64,000 bases of DNA, taken from positions 1-64,000 of the IMG/VR virus record IMGVR_UViG_3300006735_000013; one strand, written 5' to 3'. A program made the translations under genes and the position numbers. Source of the stretch: a virus. Within the stretch, counting starts at the first letter, position 1; each line of letters starts with the position of its first letter. The notes under the pieces were generated by a model. It was not told where the DNA came from. It saw nothing but the letters and a program-made list of their open reading frames with translations, and made no database searches. Positions 9,621 through 19,083 of this stretch are shown here, in pieces.

Positions 9621-10223
9621 TTATAGCTTTTGTTCGCCGATAAAAGTTTGATAATGCCCTGAGATGGGCTGCAACCGAATATTTGCAGGCCCACGCAAGC
9701 CCACTCTAAATGGTCCAACACCCGGGTCATGATAAAAACTAGTAGATGTTATAGTGTCCGCGCCACTGGTAAAACTAACAGGAACGTTTACGCTGGTTGT
9801 GCTATTCCAGTGGACTGAATTATCAACAGATAAACCCTTGTTTCCAACTGTACCAGCAGTATCTTGGGTAAGCAAAATCTTACCACTACTAGGTGTGGCT
9901 GCAGTAATCCCAAAGCCTGATTGTGCATTGATTGTATTTTTTAGAGCAACTGCAGTGCCGGCGCCACCACCACCAGCAGCAGTAATTCCTGTGACTGCTA
10001 TCCTACCAACACCACTGGTACCATCTGCATTATCATCAATCTCAAAAGTTTTTGAAGTCCCAGCTGCATTGACAATGGTGATATGCGAGCCTTCGTTTGG
10101 CTTGCTAGAAAAAGTAAAAGTAGCCGTCGCCTGAACAGCAGATACATATGTTACTTTTTCTCTTTGCGCAAGAGAGGCAGAGTGATTTGTTATAGAGTAA
10201 TCTTCCGTAATGCTAATTGACAT
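9621..10223 (-). CDS. probable virion structural protein (Thr/Gly/Ser-rich)
   Basis: Composition and ATATFTFSSKP...LLTQDTAGTVGN segments resemble phage tail/structural domains. Confidence 0.5.
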   Translation of the reverse strand: MSISITEDYSITNHSASLAQREKVTYVSAVQATATFTFSSKPNEGSHITIVNAAGTSKTFEIDDNADGTSGVGRIAVTGITAAGGGGAGTAVALKNTINAQSGFGITAATPSSGKILLTQDTAGTVGNKGLSVDNSVHWNSTTSVNVPVSFTSGADTITSTSFYHDPGVGPFRVGLRGPANIRLQPISGHYQTFIGEQKL

Positions 10224-12705
10224 CTATGTTTTCCCCTATCGTTCCCGGGCTACCTTCAATTACTCTTATATATTTAGCAGCGGCCGCGTTTGCTTTTCTT
10301 ACTGCCCTCTTGAACCATGTAGAGACAAGCATGTCGCGCGCACCACCACCACCAGCAATTGCAGCATGTAGGTATATACCTTGTTCTAGAGTCGTTGGAT
10401 TGTATGCGTCAAATCCAAATTGCGACTCCATGTTTCTTCTTCTCCTGTCGCTTCTGAGAACATTGCGGATAAAACCCGCGCTCATCATGGCGCCCACAGT
10501 CGGCTCTCTATATAGTAGGCCCGGGTCTTCTAAAATTTTAGCTACTGGTAAGCCTGCACGATCGGAAGTACTTGCATAGTTTTGCGCAAAGGTATTTTGT
10601 ATCGGGCCGCGGCCTCTATACTTGTAGCCTGGAAGATTAGCATCAAAAAGAGCAGGATTTATTTGGCCGGCCGTACTTGAGTCTCCGTTAACGATTACTG
10701 GCATAGTGATCTGTTTGATCCCGTACTTTGGAACATTCTGGTAAGGAGAATAACCATAAGCTATGTTGAACATTGCAATGCCGGCTTTTTTGCCAGATTT
10801 ATCTGATGAAAGCTGCGCCCATTCACTTTCAAAGGGCTCTCTCCCAAGTTGTCCCCGGAAGATCCTTGCAATCCGATTACCTACAGTTTGTCGTTTTGCA
10901 GTGGCTTGGTTCTTGATTTCTCCGGTTTTTCTATTCTTTATATATCCATGTACCAAAAAGTCATAGCCATACCACGAACTTTCCTCTATTCCCTCGAAAC
11001 CAGACTCTTTGCCCATTACTGCAAGAGCGCCTGCCAAAGAATATTTATTAGTTATACCTAAATTATAGAGCTGGTTTATAAACTTTTCTGCTGTGTCTTT
11101 TTTTGTTCCTTCGAGATTGTGCTGAATTCCAAACTTTTCTAAACTCACCACCTCACCTGATAGGTCTCCGCCTAAATCTGAAAGGCTATATCTTTGGCCA
11201 GAGTATTCTAAACTGCCGCTTGCATCGCTAAAATCCATATTTCCAAAGCTCCTTAAGAATTCTTGTAAACCACGGGGCTTACCTAAAACATCTAACTCTT
11301 GATCGGCCTGTTCCCTGAATACGTCTATATCCATAGGGTTCCATCCGAAAGGATCTTCCATAAACAATTTTACCATATATATAGCGTATAGAAGACTGCT
11401 CACTTGGCCATCGTCAGGCACGAGGCCCACCTTGTCAACAACAGACTTTGCTGTCTCTTCTATGCTGCTCTCAGTCGATTGATCTGAATTCATTGAAAAG
11501 GACCCTAAAATCTCTAGCAAAGGAAATTGCGTTTCTACATTCTCTCTGCGTATCCCTGGCCGCCTTCCTGGCCTCTGGATCCGCGGCTTCTTCTTCGGCT
11601 TCTTCTTCGCGGCGTTTGCTACTGCCTTTGGGTTTTTGGCTGCAGCTCGTGCAGCTTTCCTACCAGCTAGTTTGTTTTTTACAGCCCAGCCTAGGGCGCC
11701 CGCGCCCGCCGCCAGTGCGGTAAATAAACCACTCAGCGCTGCCCCGCCAACTCTTTGAAGAAGATTGAGAAGAAGGTCTCCACCAGTATCTATATTAGTT
11801 TTGGCAATGTCATACGCCAAGTAGGGCGCGAGACCTCTTATAAAGTCCATTCCTCTTACAGACCCATCTTTCGATATGTGCGAGTGATTTTTGTCCCAGA
11901 GTTTTTGGATATCTTTGACACAGTCTTTTATTATTTCTTTTCCGTCGTCAGTCAATTTCAGGTTATTATTACAACTTGCGTCGCAGCCGGCCGCTTTGAG
12001 GTCTGATTGTGTGACCTTATAGTTACGAATCTTCTTTAGGCCTCCGTCCTTCTCTTTTTCAAACTTCTTGTATATATGCTTTGTTAGCTTTTCGTAACAC
12101 GTCAATACGGACTTTGCATAGTCTTTTTCAACTGCAGTTTCAGGCGTGCCAAAGACTTCATCCCACAGTCCACTCAAGGCATTGATGCAGCCTTGCCCGC
12201 CGGCGATGACACCGCTAAGGAAGCCGTACGCAGGATTTTCAGCTGCTGGCGCGTCAGAGGCCCCTTTATAGCATGCATACGCCGCTCCAAACGCAACGAC
12301 CCCTCCTGCAGCTTTTGTAATTCGACCAGCTGCTGCAGCACGATCAGCGAATGTCTTTTTTGGCTTGGGAGTTTTAGGTTTCTTGGGGTCTAGCCTTGTC
12401 TTTCTCTTGGTGACCTTAGCCGGCTTCGTCTTGCTCTTTCGCGTGAACGTTCTCTTGTTGCTTCCTGTTTTTCCAGTCGTAGACGTTCTCTTTTTGAATG
12501 TTCTCGGCTTTTTGCCTGGCCTGCGCGGAATGCGCAGCTGTTCAGAGAGCAAAGATTCTATGAAGTCTTCATACGCGTTGGTGTCGCCCTCATTCTGATC
12601 CTGCTGTTCGAGCATTCGAACTATATCGGGAAGTTTATCTTCATCTTCTTCTGGCTCTGCAAGAAAACCTTTCGGACGATTCCAGTATTTATTGTTATCA
12701 CTCAT
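10213..12705 (-). CDS. large protein with C-terminal glycoside hydrolase family 19 (lysozyme/chitinase-like) domain
   Basis: AVMGKESGF...GYKYRGRGPIQNT...NY...ILEDPGLL are GH19 motifs. The N-terminal part has basic tracts and Gly/Ala hydrophobic helices. Confidence 0.75.
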   Translation of the reverse strand: MSDNNKYWNRPKGFLAEPEEDEDKLPDIVRMLEQQDQNEGDTNAYEDFIESLLSEQLRIPRRPGKKPRTFKKRTSTTGKTGSNKRTFTRKSKTKPAKVTKRKTRLDPKKPKTPKPKKTFADRAAAAGRITKAAGGVVAFGAAYACYKGASDAPAAENPAYGFLSGVIAGGQGCINALSGLWDEVFGTPETAVEKDYAKSVLTCYEKLTKHIYKKFEKEKDGGLKKIRNYKVTQSDLKAAGCDASCNNNLKLTDDGKEIIKDCVKDIQKLWDKNHSHISKDGSVRGMDFIRGLAPYLAYDIAKTNIDTGGDLLLNLLQRVGGAALSGLFTALAAGAGALGWAVKNKLAGRKAARAAAKNPKAVANAAKKKPKKKPRIQRPGRRPGIRRENVETQFPLLEILGSFSMNSDQSTESSIEETAKSVVDKVGLVPDDGQVSSLLYAIYMVKLFMEDPFGWNPMDIDVFREQADQELDVLGKPRGLQEFLRSFGNMDFSDASGSLEYSGQRYSLSDLGGDLSGEVVSLEKFGIQHNLEGTKKDTAEKFINQLYNLGITNKYSLAGALAVMGKESGFEGIEESSWYGYDFLVHGYIKNRKTGEIKNQATAKRQTVGNRIARIFRGQLGREPFESEWAQLSSDKSGKKAGIAMFNIAYGYSPYQNVPKYGIKQITMPVIVNGDSSTAGQINPALFDANLPGYKYRGRGPIQNTFAQNYASTSDRAGLPVAKILEDPGLLYREPTVGAMMSAGFIRNVLRSDRRRRNMESQFGFDAYNPTTLEQGIYLHAAIAGGGGARDMLVSTWFKRAVRKANAAAAKYIRVIEGSPGTIGENIDVN

Positions 12706-12718
12706 AATAGTAATTAGG

Positions 12719-13726
12719 CTAGATGTATTCTTTGTCTCCAGAAAAATACGTTTCTAGATCTTCGTTTACATCCATTTGTAATTTGGTTTGAATCCAGAAT
12801 TCCATATCATTTCTGGTTTCAAATTCTAGCATGTGCGGACCATGATAGGCCTTCCACACACCAACTTCATCAAGTATATCCATTTTATTGATTACTAGCT
12901 TATCTATGCCATTTATTCTTGCAGCCATCCTTAACATATCAAAATCCATCCAATTTATTTGCCTGGATCTGCCAGTTGTGGCGCCATATTCTTTGCCTAA
13001 ATCTCTTATTGTTTCAAAGACATCATCCGGACCTTCAAAGTCCTTTGCGCCAACATAAGTTTCGTAAATTTTTGCAACGCCCCACACATCTCTTATAGAT
13101 TTAGGTGGAACTCCGTTCAATATTGCAGATCCCACAGTGCAATGAGAAGAAGTAACGTACGGATAATCGCCCCAATCGATATCTAGGCCAAATCCTTGCG
13201 CTCCTTCAAAAAGGATCTCTAATTCATCGAATTCTTCATTTTCATGAAGCTCATGGTACAGGCTAACTATATATTTACTCAATCTAGGGTCTTCTAGGGC
13301 CCTAACGCCCCTTCTACCGTACTTATCGCGGTAGGCCGGCCCATTACCCCTCTTTGTGGTGCCAATGTCCTCATCCTTTGAATCTTCGGCTTTGTGAAAA
13401 TCTGTTATTATATGTGCATTGGATGCAACCCTCACCAAGCTGCCGGCTGGCACACCGGATTTCTCAAGTTCTTCTATTTCTTTTAGGAAAGTGTCGACAT
13501 GTATGACACATCCAGGTCCAATAATCGATTTTATGCCAAAAAAAACACCACAAGGGATGTGGTGGGTTACAAACTTTACACCGTCATGATAGATGGTGTG
13601 ACCAGCGTTGCATCCGCCGTTATATCTTATGACATGTGTATAATCGTTTTGCCTACATAAGGCGTGGGCGATTTTACCCTTACCGCAATCTCCATATTGA
13701 AGATCAACCACAACATCCGCTATCAT
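12719..13726 (-). CDS. purA: adenylosuccinate synthetase (short form)
   Basis: Motifs QYGDCGKGK, GGCNAGHT, EGAQG, YPYVTSS, GATTGRSR, NKMD. Confidence 0.93.
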   Translation of the reverse strand: MIADVVVDLQYGDCGKGKIAHALCRQNDYTHVIRYNGGCNAGHTIYHDGVKFVTHHIPCGVFFGIKSIIGPGCVIHVDTFLKEIEELEKSGVPAGSLVRVASNAHIITDFHKAEDSKDEDIGTTKRGNGPAYRDKYGRRGVRALEDPRLSKYIVSLYHELHENEEFDELEILFEGAQGFGLDIDWGDYPYVTSSHCTVGSAILNGVPPKSIRDVWGVAKIYETYVGAKDFEGPDDVFETIRDLGKEYGATTGRSRQINWMDFDMLRMAARINGIDKLVINKMDILDEVGVWKAYHGPHMLEFETRNDMEFWIQTKLQMDVNEDLETYFSGDKEYI

Positions 13727-13740
13727 ATCGCATCCTTTTG

Positions 13741-13923
13741 TTATTTGTCTTTTGTTTTGTAAGAATTTAAGATTCTTTTTCCTAATTTTGGGTTTCTTAT
13801 GTTAGAAATAAGTAAACTTTCTATTTTTGACTGCTTTTCTTCTATTCTGTTTTGCCTGGATAACAAAAATCCACAAAGCAGTAAGTTTATAAAAATAAAT
13901 ATTAGATCAATGTATTCATGCAT
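13741..13923 (-). CDS. small membrane protein
   Basis: N-terminal hydrophobic helix; overlaps the upstream stop. Confidence 0.55.
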   Translation of the reverse strand: MHEYIDLIFIFINLLLCGFLLSRQNRIEEKQSKIESLLISNIRNPKLGKRILNSYKTKDK

Positions 13924-14794
13924 CCTGTTTTTCCGTGTCTCCCCATGGAGCGTCTGCCTCTAGGTCCAATAGAGACTCTATTCCTCCGCCGTCGCCATAT
14001 TCTAGATAATCTGAGTCCATGTTGCTATCTTTTTCTATAAAGTAATCTTTTATGTAGGCTTCATTTAGAGACATCTTTTTGTCATATGATGATATCTTTA
14101 AATTTGATAACTTTTCAAGGTATTTTGAATTTCTCAGCATCTTGAAGGCCAAGTTTTCTGGAGAGTATATACCTTCCTCTTCTAGTCCTGCTTTTCTCAT
14201 TCGCGAGACCTTCTTTTTTACTTTATTAGATAAATTGTAGGCTTCTTCATATTTGCCTTCTTCAAAAAGCTGCTCTGCGTGATCAATTGTTTTTGCGATC
14301 ATCTCGGCTTTCTTTTCTGTTGTATAGAGATCATAGAAAGATTCCATTTGATTGGGCTCCTTAACCCAGGTCTTCTTAGTAAGTGACCACACGCCGTCAG
14401 ACTCGTGAGTTTCGTTTGTATCCTGGAAGTATATCTCTACTTCATGCCCTCTTATAAAGATATCATGCGTCTTATTCCAGTTTATTCTACTCTGATCCAG
14501 TGCGCGCTTCACTAATTCAAAATCATTGCTTATCTTCGAGAAGTCAATTAGGATGTGGAGATCAATATCAGAGTCTTTATGCCAGCTCAAGCTAGCAATT
14601 GAACCTGTAATAGTGATATCATCATAAGGAACTCCCAAATCCATTGAATCATACACATCTTTAGCTATTTTTAGTAATGTTTCTTCTACTTCAGGCAGTA
14701 AGACCTTCTCATCCCAGAAGTCCCTATGAAGGTAAGGCTTCATTTTTATAAAATTACTATCAAAATTATAGCCTTTATCTACTTTTACTTTCAT
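13916..14794 (-). CDS. DNA pol-beta superfamily nucleotidyltransferase
   Basis: ITGS...SDIDLHILID signature. Confidence 0.8.
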   Translation of the reverse strand: MKVKVDKGYNFDSNFIKMKPYLHRDFWDEKVLLPEVEETLLKIAKDVYDSMDLGVPYDDITITGSIASLSWHKDSDIDLHILIDFSKISNDFELVKRALDQSRINWNKTHDIFIRGHEVEIYFQDTNETHESDGVWSLTKKTWVKEPNQMESFYDLYTTEKKAEMIAKTIDHAEQLFEEGKYEEAYNLSNKVKKKVSRMRKAGLEEEGIYSPENLAFKMLRNSKYLEKLSNLKISSYDKKMSLNEAYIKDYFIEKDSNMDSDYLEYGDGGGIESLLDLEADAPWGDTEKQDA

Positions 14795-15185
14795 TTTTAC
14801 TCACCTTATTTAGGATTTTTATTGCTATATTCTCGAATTTTTTGCTTTTATTTAGCTTATTTTTGCCTATAAAAGCAAATTCTGTGTGTTCTTTACTTAG
14901 AGTTATCTTTTGTTTCTTGTATTTTGCATAAAAAAAGTACTTATTTTCCTGTTTTTTGTAAAATTTTGCTTTTTTTATTGTTATCCCGGTCTCTTCCTCT
15001 ATTTCTCGGGCTAAACCTGCTAGCATTGACTCTCCAACATGCACATGCCCCCCCGGGAGGTCATATTCGCCTGGGTATTTGTTGTGATTTTCTGATCTTT
15101 TTAGCATTAGTACTCTTTTTTTGTCATCATACAACACTATCTTTGCCACAAACTTAGAATCTTTGCTTATTTTTACTTTTATCAT
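14775..15185 (-). CDS. NUDIX hydrolase
   Basis: Nudix box PGGHVHVGESMLAGLAREIEEETG. Confidence 0.9.
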   Translation of the reverse strand: MIKVKISKDSKFVAKIVLYDDKKRVLMLKRSENHNKYPGEYDLPGGHVHVGESMLAGLAREIEEETGITIKKAKFYKKQENKYFFYAKYKKQKITLSKEHTEFAFIGKNKLNKSKKFENIAIKILNKVSKNESKSR

Positions 15186-15202
15186 ACTGTAAATAGTGTT
15201 TT

Positions 15203-15529
15203 TTATCTTAAGTTTTCGATATTATCAGTTAGCAGCTTGCCCTCTTGGTATATCTGGATATAGGGGTGTTCTTCATGGGCAGATACAACATCGGATATGT
15301 AAAAACAGTCTCGTACATCTTCAACAACTATTGTCAACACCTTATTATTATAAAATGCAGCGGTATTTAGTACAAATCCAGCCTTTTCTAACAATTTTAT
15401 ATGGTTTCTGGCATCCCAAACGGCCACAACGTTCTCTGCAGGGTGTAAAGTCTCAATCCACAAGTCTAAAAGATCCTGATAGGACACACTGTACATACTT
15501 GGCTTCAAAACTCGTCTAGTAGCAGTCAT
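15203..15529 (-). CDS. hypothetical protein
   Basis: ORF track; ATGA coupling with the upstream gene. Confidence 0.6.
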   Translation of the reverse strand: MTATRRVLKPSMYSVSYQDLLDLWIETLHPAENVVAVWDARNHIKLLEKAGFVLNTAAFYNNKVLTIVVEDVRDCFYISDVVSAHEEHPYIQIYQEGKLLTDNIENLR

Positions 15530-16014
15530 TTGGAGTGCCTATCTGCAACAGACTGGCTTGCCCATGCATCTGGCTTTAGGACACACCCAAAACCATAGCC
15601 TTGTACGTAGCCTTTGAGCATTTCTGACAGTTTTGAGGTGCCATTCTTGGCCGAAAGAGGAGAAACGTCTAAGTGAAGTTCTATCGAGTTTGAAGAAACA
15701 TTGTAGTTTTTTGTAATATACTCTGCAAGCTCTATAGAACGCCTAACTTCTTCAGTAATTCTTACTGGCATCGCTGAAAACGCATTATAAGCTTCATTTT
15801 CTTTATAAAAAAAGTATTTTCCACCTTTTCTATCGGAAAGTAGGCACACGGTTGTCACAAAACATACTTTCTTTTTTGTCATATGAGAATCAGACCCGAT
15901 AAATATTTTTTTGTCTTTATTTTTTAGATGATCTGAAATTTTTCTTAGGACTTCTTGTAAAGTTAGTGAATTTCCGGAACCCGTTGACCACTTCTTATTG
16001 TCAAGGGTGGACAT
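15526..16014 (-). CDS. RNase H-like YkuK/DUF458 family protein
   Basis: IGSDSH...EVRRS...ELHLDV...AWASQSVADRH. Confidence 0.8.
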   Translation of the reverse strand: MSTLDNKKWSTGSGNSLTLQEVLRKISDHLKNKDKKIFIGSDSHMTKKKVCFVTTVCLLSDRKGGKYFFYKENEAYNAFSAMPVRITEEVRRSIELAEYITKNYNVSSNSIELHLDVSPLSAKNGTSKLSEMLKGYVQGYGFGCVLKPDAWASQSVADRHSK

Positions 16015-16015
16015 T

Positions 16016-16327
16016 TTACACCAGATTATCTTGATTTTGTAGATCTTGCATTTTTTTTAGGATTTCTGACCCTAAAGACTGGTTTTGTCCTGCTGCGTCT
16101 AGAATGTCTTCAAACAACTCAAGATCTTTCACTAAAATTTTTGCCAACTCTATTGCTTGTTGGCGGCTTTGGTCCCGAACTAGGTGTAAACAAAAGCTTT
16201 TCCATTCTTCTTCATAGTCGGCTTTAGGCTCCTCATCGTCACCGGGCATGTGAGAGTAGGGGTATTTTCCGTAAACCTTGTCTATAAACGCTTCTTTTAC
16301 TAAATTTTTGATTTCTTTTCTATTCAA
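16016..16327 (-). CDS. hypothetical protein
   Basis: TTG start with SD AAGGAG; leader EIKNLVKE. Confidence 0.65.
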   Translation of the reverse strand: MNRKEIKNLVKEAFIDKVYGKYPYSHMPGDDEEPKADYEEEWKSFCLHLVRDQSRQQAIELAKILVKDLELFEDILDAAGQNQSLGSEILKKMQDLQNQDNLV

Positions 16328-16388
16328 CGTCTAAAATCTCCTTATAATAAAAGATTACAACAAAATAATTAGTTTTTTTACTAAAATA

Positions 16389-16715
16389 TTACCTCAATGT
16401 CGGATCGTTTGCTGTATTTTTTAATTTTGGTAGCAAATTTTTCTTCAATTTCAACAATCTTTCAAATCTTACTTTTTGTTTTGCGTCAGTATATAACATT
16501 TGTGGTTTCTTGTACTGGCCATTTATTAAAAGATCATCAAAATTGTAAAATTTTATTTTTGCAGAGTCGAGTTTAGTTGATTTTTCTTGAATTTTAAGAT
16601 ATTTTTGTAAGACAGTTTTGTCAAAATGTGGATAGTCTTGAAACTTTTTCGTTTTTATGCTGCTCCCGCACCCAACGAATACAAAAAGTGCTAGAAAGCA
16701 CAATATATTTTTCAT
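16389..16715 (-). CDS. putative lipoprotein
   Basis: Signal peptide with lipobox FVGC. Confidence 0.6.
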   Translation of the reverse strand: MKNILCFLALFVFVGCGSSIKTKKFQDYPHFDKTVLQKYLKIQEKSTKLDSAKIKFYNFDDLLINGQYKKPQMLYTDAKQKVRFERLLKLKKNLLPKLKNTANDPTLR

Positions 16716-16719
16716 TTTA

Positions 16720-18318
16720 CTAAACTTTTGCTCCTTCTTTTTGAGTCTCTAACCATACTTTGTGAGTATCACTATCATATATTCCAGTAATTGGCTTCCT
16801 GACGCCCATCTCTTTTAGTTTTTCTTGATTCTTTTTTTGAAAATCTGAAATTGCATAATATAAGTCTGGTGTATAAGCTCCTGTTGGTCTGGATCCCGTG
16901 TTTTTTGGAAAATAATCTTTCATATTTTTACTAATCTGCATCATTGTCAGTTTTGTTTTTCTTGCAGCTAGCCTTTGCTTTCTTTCCAGACCATGGCCTT
17001 TGATTTTACGAAGTATAACCCTTCGGGCCGCGGCTATGGCCTTAGCACCGCCAACCATTCCGGCTGCTCCAAGCGCTGCTAATGCCGCTGCAGTTTTCTT
17101 ATCAGTGGAAAGGTTCTTGACCCCGGTCTCTTCTTCAGGTTTTAAGCTAACCGGGTTTTCAGCTTCCTCTTCTGCAGGTCTCTGACCTTCTAGAGCAGCA
17201 ACCATGTCATCTAATTTATTTTCAGAAAACAAATCTACGTTCTGAACTGCTTTATTGAATGCAATCTCGGACATGTCCAGCCCTTCCTTATTGAATGAAA
17301 GGTGAGGAAAATCTCTTTCCATATCTTTTTGTGCTTGAGTTGTGCCTAAAACATCTGCTATCATATCGAACTCTGCTTGTATTGCCGGAAAACTTATTGA
17401 TAAGCTAGCAAAGCTTTCCTTCACCTCACTACAGTCAGGACCGTCTGCTTGAACACCTTTATCTCTTCTTATGTAGGGCTTTTCTCCTTTATTTTTATCA
17501 CACCATCTATTTTGTACTGGTATTGGCCAAATATCCCAAGCATCAGCTTCATAATTCTTACCAACTGGAGCATAATACCTCTTGTTCGCCGCACGAATAG
17601 CGTCAAGCTCTTTTTCAAACTTTTGACGATGAGGGTTAGCTACGGCTAATCCCCCTCGGACCCCAAAAATATCTTTCTCGACTATTAGCCATTCTAATGC
17701 AACATCAAGAACAATCGGGCCCACAATTCCAATTACTAAGGGTCCAAGGAATCCGGCTCCTAGACCCAACATCGTCGCAGTCCCACCTAAGAATCCTCTG
17801 AAGCCTGCGGACATTGCACCTTTGACTAATACGTTTTTGACACCATTCTTGGCCATATAGCCTACTGCCGCCGCGGCCAATCTTTTTCCTTGTCTTGAAC
17901 CCGCCTCTTTTATAAATTTTGGAGCTAAAAGAGAATAGGTATCTTTCGCTATGTCCGCATAGAACATTGCATTATACACATCGTACTGAAGGTCAATAAC
18001 AGATTCTGAAAATCCAGAACCTGTGATACCTGTTGCATTTCTATCGGTTTTGAATTTTATTCTTTCCCTTTCCAAATCTTCAAGTTCTTTAGCGGAAAGG
18101 CCTGCCTCTTCAGCTGAAAAGGCCTGCCCTTTATCATCGACAAACTCAGTGTCAAGTTCTTTCTTTTGTTGGGTTCTCCAATCTTCGGGTTTGGGTTTAG
18201 GGTCCTTTTTCGGATCTGCTTGTTCAAGAAGGTTGTTATAAATCTTTCTTTCAATTTCGAGTTGTTCTCGAATAAATTTATAAAACTTATGCTTTTGTTC
18301 TTTTGTTAGTACAGACAT
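16720..18318 (-). CDS. probable virion protein with hydrophobic hairpin and C-terminal peptidoglycan-binding domain
   Basis: PTGAYTPDLYYAISDFQKK...PITGIYDSDT is PG_binding_1-like; long Gly-rich hydrophobic segment. Confidence 0.6.
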   Translation of the reverse strand: MSVLTKEQKHKFYKFIREQLEIERKIYNNLLEQADPKKDPKPKPEDWRTQQKKELDTEFVDDKGQAFSAEEAGLSAKELEDLERERIKFKTDRNATGITGSGFSESVIDLQYDVYNAMFYADIAKDTYSLLAPKFIKEAGSRQGKRLAAAAVGYMAKNGVKNVLVKGAMSAGFRGFLGGTATMLGLGAGFLGPLVIGIVGPIVLDVALEWLIVEKDIFGVRGGLAVANPHRQKFEKELDAIRAANKRYYAPVGKNYEADAWDIWPIPVQNRWCDKNKGEKPYIRRDKGVQADGPDCSEVKESFASLSISFPAIQAEFDMIADVLGTTQAQKDMERDFPHLSFNKEGLDMSEIAFNKAVQNVDLFSENKLDDMVAALEGQRPAEEEAENPVSLKPEEETGVKNLSTDKKTAAALAALGAAGMVGGAKAIAAARRVILRKIKGHGLERKQRLAARKTKLTMMQISKNMKDYFPKNTGSRPTGAYTPDLYYAISDFQKKNQEKLKEMGVRKPITGIYDSDTHKVWLETQKEGAKV

Positions 18319-18327
18319 ATTAGTCTC

Positions 18328-19083
18328 CTATTTCTCTTTTTTCTTTTTAGTTAATTCTTTAAATATCGCATCTTCTTTTTTATACTCTGCATCTGCAGCC
18401 TGCCAAGCCATGGCTATTTTTCCGATTTCTGCTTCAGGTTTTTTAGCTTTTTGTGCAGCTCGATACTTTTTCAGCAAATCATTTTTTTTCCCTGCCGCGG
18501 CCCTTCTCTTGGCTGTGACATCTAAGTAGGCCGGCGCGCCCACTTTACCAGCCAACTGAGCGTTACCACTCTGTTGAGCTAGCCTACTTTTTTCAGCCTT
18601 AGCCATGGCATCTTTGTTTTTGTCCAGGACTTTTTGAACCGGGTCTTCTTCTGTGTTCATTGGAACACCCAGTGCTTTTCTTAGTTTTTCTTTATCAGCA
18701 TCAGGAATTCTTGACTCTCCATCAATCCATTGCATGAAAGTCTCACCCTCTTTTGTCCCATAAGCTTTGTTTATTCTCTGCAGTACCATTTCACCACCGT
18801 CTGTGCCATATAAAAGCTTTTTGAGGATCTTGCCAGCCTTACCTGAGCCTATACCCTTCATTTCTTTATAAAAGCCTGCAGCGTACGCAGCGATCAACTT
18901 GTCCGAAAAGCCAGAAAATCCCTCGCCTTTTTTACCTGTCTGATCAGTTGACTTTCGGGCATTCTCAACAGCTCGGTTGTAAAGGCGCATTGTAATTTGT
19001 TGGTCAGCCCCTTGAGGCATTGATCTAACAAGTTTCAAGATCTTCCCGTACCACGACATATCGTTTTTGGCCTTTTGAAACAT
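18328..19083 (-). CDS. hypothetical protein, possibly a frameshifted continuation of 19035..22547
   Basis: 49-nt overlap with the upstream gene; no SD before its ATG. Confidence 0.55.
   Translation of the reverse strand: MFQKAKNDMSWYGKILKLVRSMPQGADQQITMRLYNRAVENARKSTDQTGKKGEGFSGFSDKLIAAYAAGFYKEMKGIGSGKAGKILKKLLYGTDGGEMVLQRINKAYGTKEGETFMQWIDGESRIPDADKEKLRKALGVPMNTEEDPVQKVLDKNKDAMAKAEKSRLAQQSGNAQLAGKVGAPAYLDVTAKRRAAAGKKNDLLKKYRAAQKAKKPEAEIGKIAMAWQAADAEYKKEDAIFKELTKKKKEK

Noticed and set aside
12719-13726. PurZ (2-aminoadenine DNA pathway)
   Set aside because: It keeps the catalytic Asp (GDCGKG rather than GSxGKG), TTGR, and the GTP-type KxD motif, all consistent with PurA.
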